Notes under the pieces: model-generated
What the model saw: only the letters and a program-made list of their open reading frames with translations
Databases searched by the model: none
What the model was told of the DNA's origin: nothing
Source of the DNA: Leucoraja ocellata
Taxonomy: Eukaryota
Reading direction: 5' to 3'
DNA: 64,000 bases
NCBI GenBank assembly: GCA_036785375.1
Contig: JAWMAR010000013.1
Location: forward strand, 930,001-994,000
Part shown: positions 61,611-64,000 of the stretch, piece by piece
Numbering within the stretch: the first letter of the stretch is position 1
How the letters are laid out: each line of letters opens with the position of its first letter
Made by a program: the position numbers and the translations under genes

Positions 61611-64000
61611 TTGTTATGGACAACCTCACTTTGTGGCCAAGTCTGATGTCACTTAATAACCCACACATGCACACAATTCCATAAAACAGTGATCAGGGCT
61701 AGATTCAAGAAAATATGGTAATACTAGTTATTGTCCTTGGCTGTATTCTGAAAACTCAGACCTCATCAATATTGGGTTAGTGGCTTGGCAATAAAATACA
61801 CGATACAATGGTATGAAAAGAGATAGGTGTAATTATATCAATTATATGAAAATAAGGACAGAATACCTACGATCTAAAAAGTACAAACATTCACCTGCAT
61901 TTATTCTGTGAGCACATTTTAATGTTCACAGAATCCCTGTAGTTTGACTGTACCAAACTGCTTATCAAAATACTCTACAAAATATATACTGAGAATAAAG
62001 GCTTTCAAGTTATAGTTTTGAAGGCACCCAAATGTTTTGTTAGCTCAGATATCTCTCCATTTAAGGTTGGTTATAATGAATAGTGGCTCAGTGTCTCTTC
62101 CAAATGTTTTCTGCAACGATGGTAATAGTTTTCTGCCGCTATCAGTCTTTTATGTATTCTAATAAATAATCCCCGTGAATGAGTCAACATCTGCATTGAA
62201 GTTACTGACCCGAAATGGTCCAATGTGCTGGAACAGTTATTATAACAACATATCAATATATGAACAAAAAATGCAGACACAAACACTTCACACCACTGAT
62301 ATTAAAAATATTTTATCTGTGTGTATAATTCTATTGAGGATTCCTGTATTTATAATGCTGATCTTCTTCTTGCGTATGGCGTGCACAGCCTAAAGTTGTA
62401 GGTCAACTTGTTTTATTTGATCTACTTGTTTGTGCACGTCGGGTTGATTCCATTCGTCAAAACAGGGTGGACCACGTGAAGGTTGCAATCTCCCACCCCA
62501 TAATGCTGATTGCTTATGTTAACAATATAATTAAACATTCCTACCAGAGGTGACATTGTGGCCCTTTGAATTGTGCATGTACCATGGTCCATGGAACAAA
62601 TAGTGTAATATTCCAATAAACTAAAAAAATGTATTACCATATGATCCAAGCACATGGACAGAGTGCATGCTTGAAATTGGGAACCAAATTACACCAGCAT
62701 ACAATGATCAAAGTATATTGTGCCTTCTAACCACCAAAGATGAACCAGGCTGTCATTCTGCACAATTCCATTGAAGAATGATTAATTTTTAATTTAAAAT
62801 AATGAATCAAATTTTGAACAGCAAAGGTTATATACAGCAAAACAAAAATAAACAAAGAAATCACCATTTACATTGATGCACAGGATGAAACTGCCATTGC
62901 AGTTTTGGAGTATTTAAACTATACTCCTTGGTTCTTCCATTCACCTCGCCAATCAATTAATTGCCTGGAGGCCAGAAAGATGGAAGTCAATTGGAAATGA
63001 AAGATGCAAATCATAAAAGATAACTAAGAAAAATGTTATTTATCCTTGTCATAGATAGTCAACAAGTGTGGGACAACAAGCTCGTAACATTGCAATTTCA
63101 GGAAATCTCTCAATGTGTGCATGTTCTCACCACTCCAGCAAAGTGACATTTTTGTCACAATACCATTTTCTCTCCATCAGCAGCCCACAGTTATAATGGA
63201 AATGATTTACATTAAGATGCAATGCTATTAATTACAATCTCCTCTACTAGCAGTCATGTTCCACCATCTCAGCGCTGTTCTCCATAAAATCCACCTGCTC
63301 CAACCAATTTTTACTCTCAGCTTTCAAGCAAGGATGACTTTAAAATGGGAAAGTGAATTATGACTTGACAGCTCACATGGAGTGAAATGATACTAAAATA
63401 ATAAAAAAAGTAAGAATAAATTGTACAATTTTAAAATGTGTAACCCTGGGCCAATTATGCACTGCTTCTCAATCCCCTTCTATATAAAGAGCACACTTGC
63501 TCTGGGCACCTCCTGTGCAACACTATGGGAGACCAACTAGTGTCTTGAAATGTTTTTACATTACGTCTTCTCAATATGCATTTTAGGCAGGAAATGCACT
63601 GTTTTTAAAACAGAGTTATGGCTGGCGGCCTGTGAGTAAATCCAATACATGACAATGCCTTATGATAGACAAGAGCTAATTGTCTGTGATTGTCATAGGT
63701 AGTAAAGAGGTTGTCATGACAGTCAAAGTTTCCAAGCTGGAGCCAGTGAACAGATTATCAGACTGATGGATCAAGGCGATTTTCACTTCTCACCCCTCTT
63801 CAGGTGAAAGAAATAATTAGTATTCTGTACCAGCATGTTCAGAACCAGCTTGGGTTTTCTTCAGAAGTACTTACCCAGTATGAAAGATCTCCTTTGATGT
63901 GAGGTGTAATATGCTCCTTGGAGAGGTATTTTTGTTGCTAGCTCTCTTTAGTTTGTGAATTCATTCAGAGCAATTGTATTTCCACAGCATGGCAGTGAGG

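Noticed and set aside
63868-64000. Minus-strand donor-like TGG|GTAAGT as the penultimate ddx31 exon
   Set aside because: No frame resembles the expected HLGHVAKSFGLRDAP region; that exon probably lies beyond the window.

Overview
Vertebrate genomic DNA, most likely a cartilaginous fish (inferred from the repeat types: HE1-like tRNA-SINEs, CR1, Rex1 and Penelope-derived elements). The window holds the cfap77(+) - barhl1(+) - ddx31(-) block. Recognisable coding sequence is the last exon of cfap77 (17434-17556), barhl1 exons 1 and 3 (32874-33322, 37728-38019) and the last exon of ddx31 (49117-48973, minus strand). As assembled, barhl1 exon 1 has four frame shifts and its homeobox exon 2 is absent, probably lost in the 200-N gap at 35738-35937. 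Most short ORFs in the supplied track are repeat remnants or noise. The most interesting structures are: (1) a family of TSD-flanked fold-back Penelope-derived elements with a hammerhead-ribozyme-like core, whose two arms share copy-specific variants; (2) a nested insertion at 19179-21004 in which a Harbinger MITE holds a second MITE and a 5'-inverted Tx1/L1 retrotransposon with an 18-bp TSD; (3) a Tc1 relic close to teleost/amphibian Tc1 families; (4) a roughly 22-kb CpG-retaining domain and several candidate enhancers around barhl1. Protein and repeat assignments come from recalled family sequences, not database searches.
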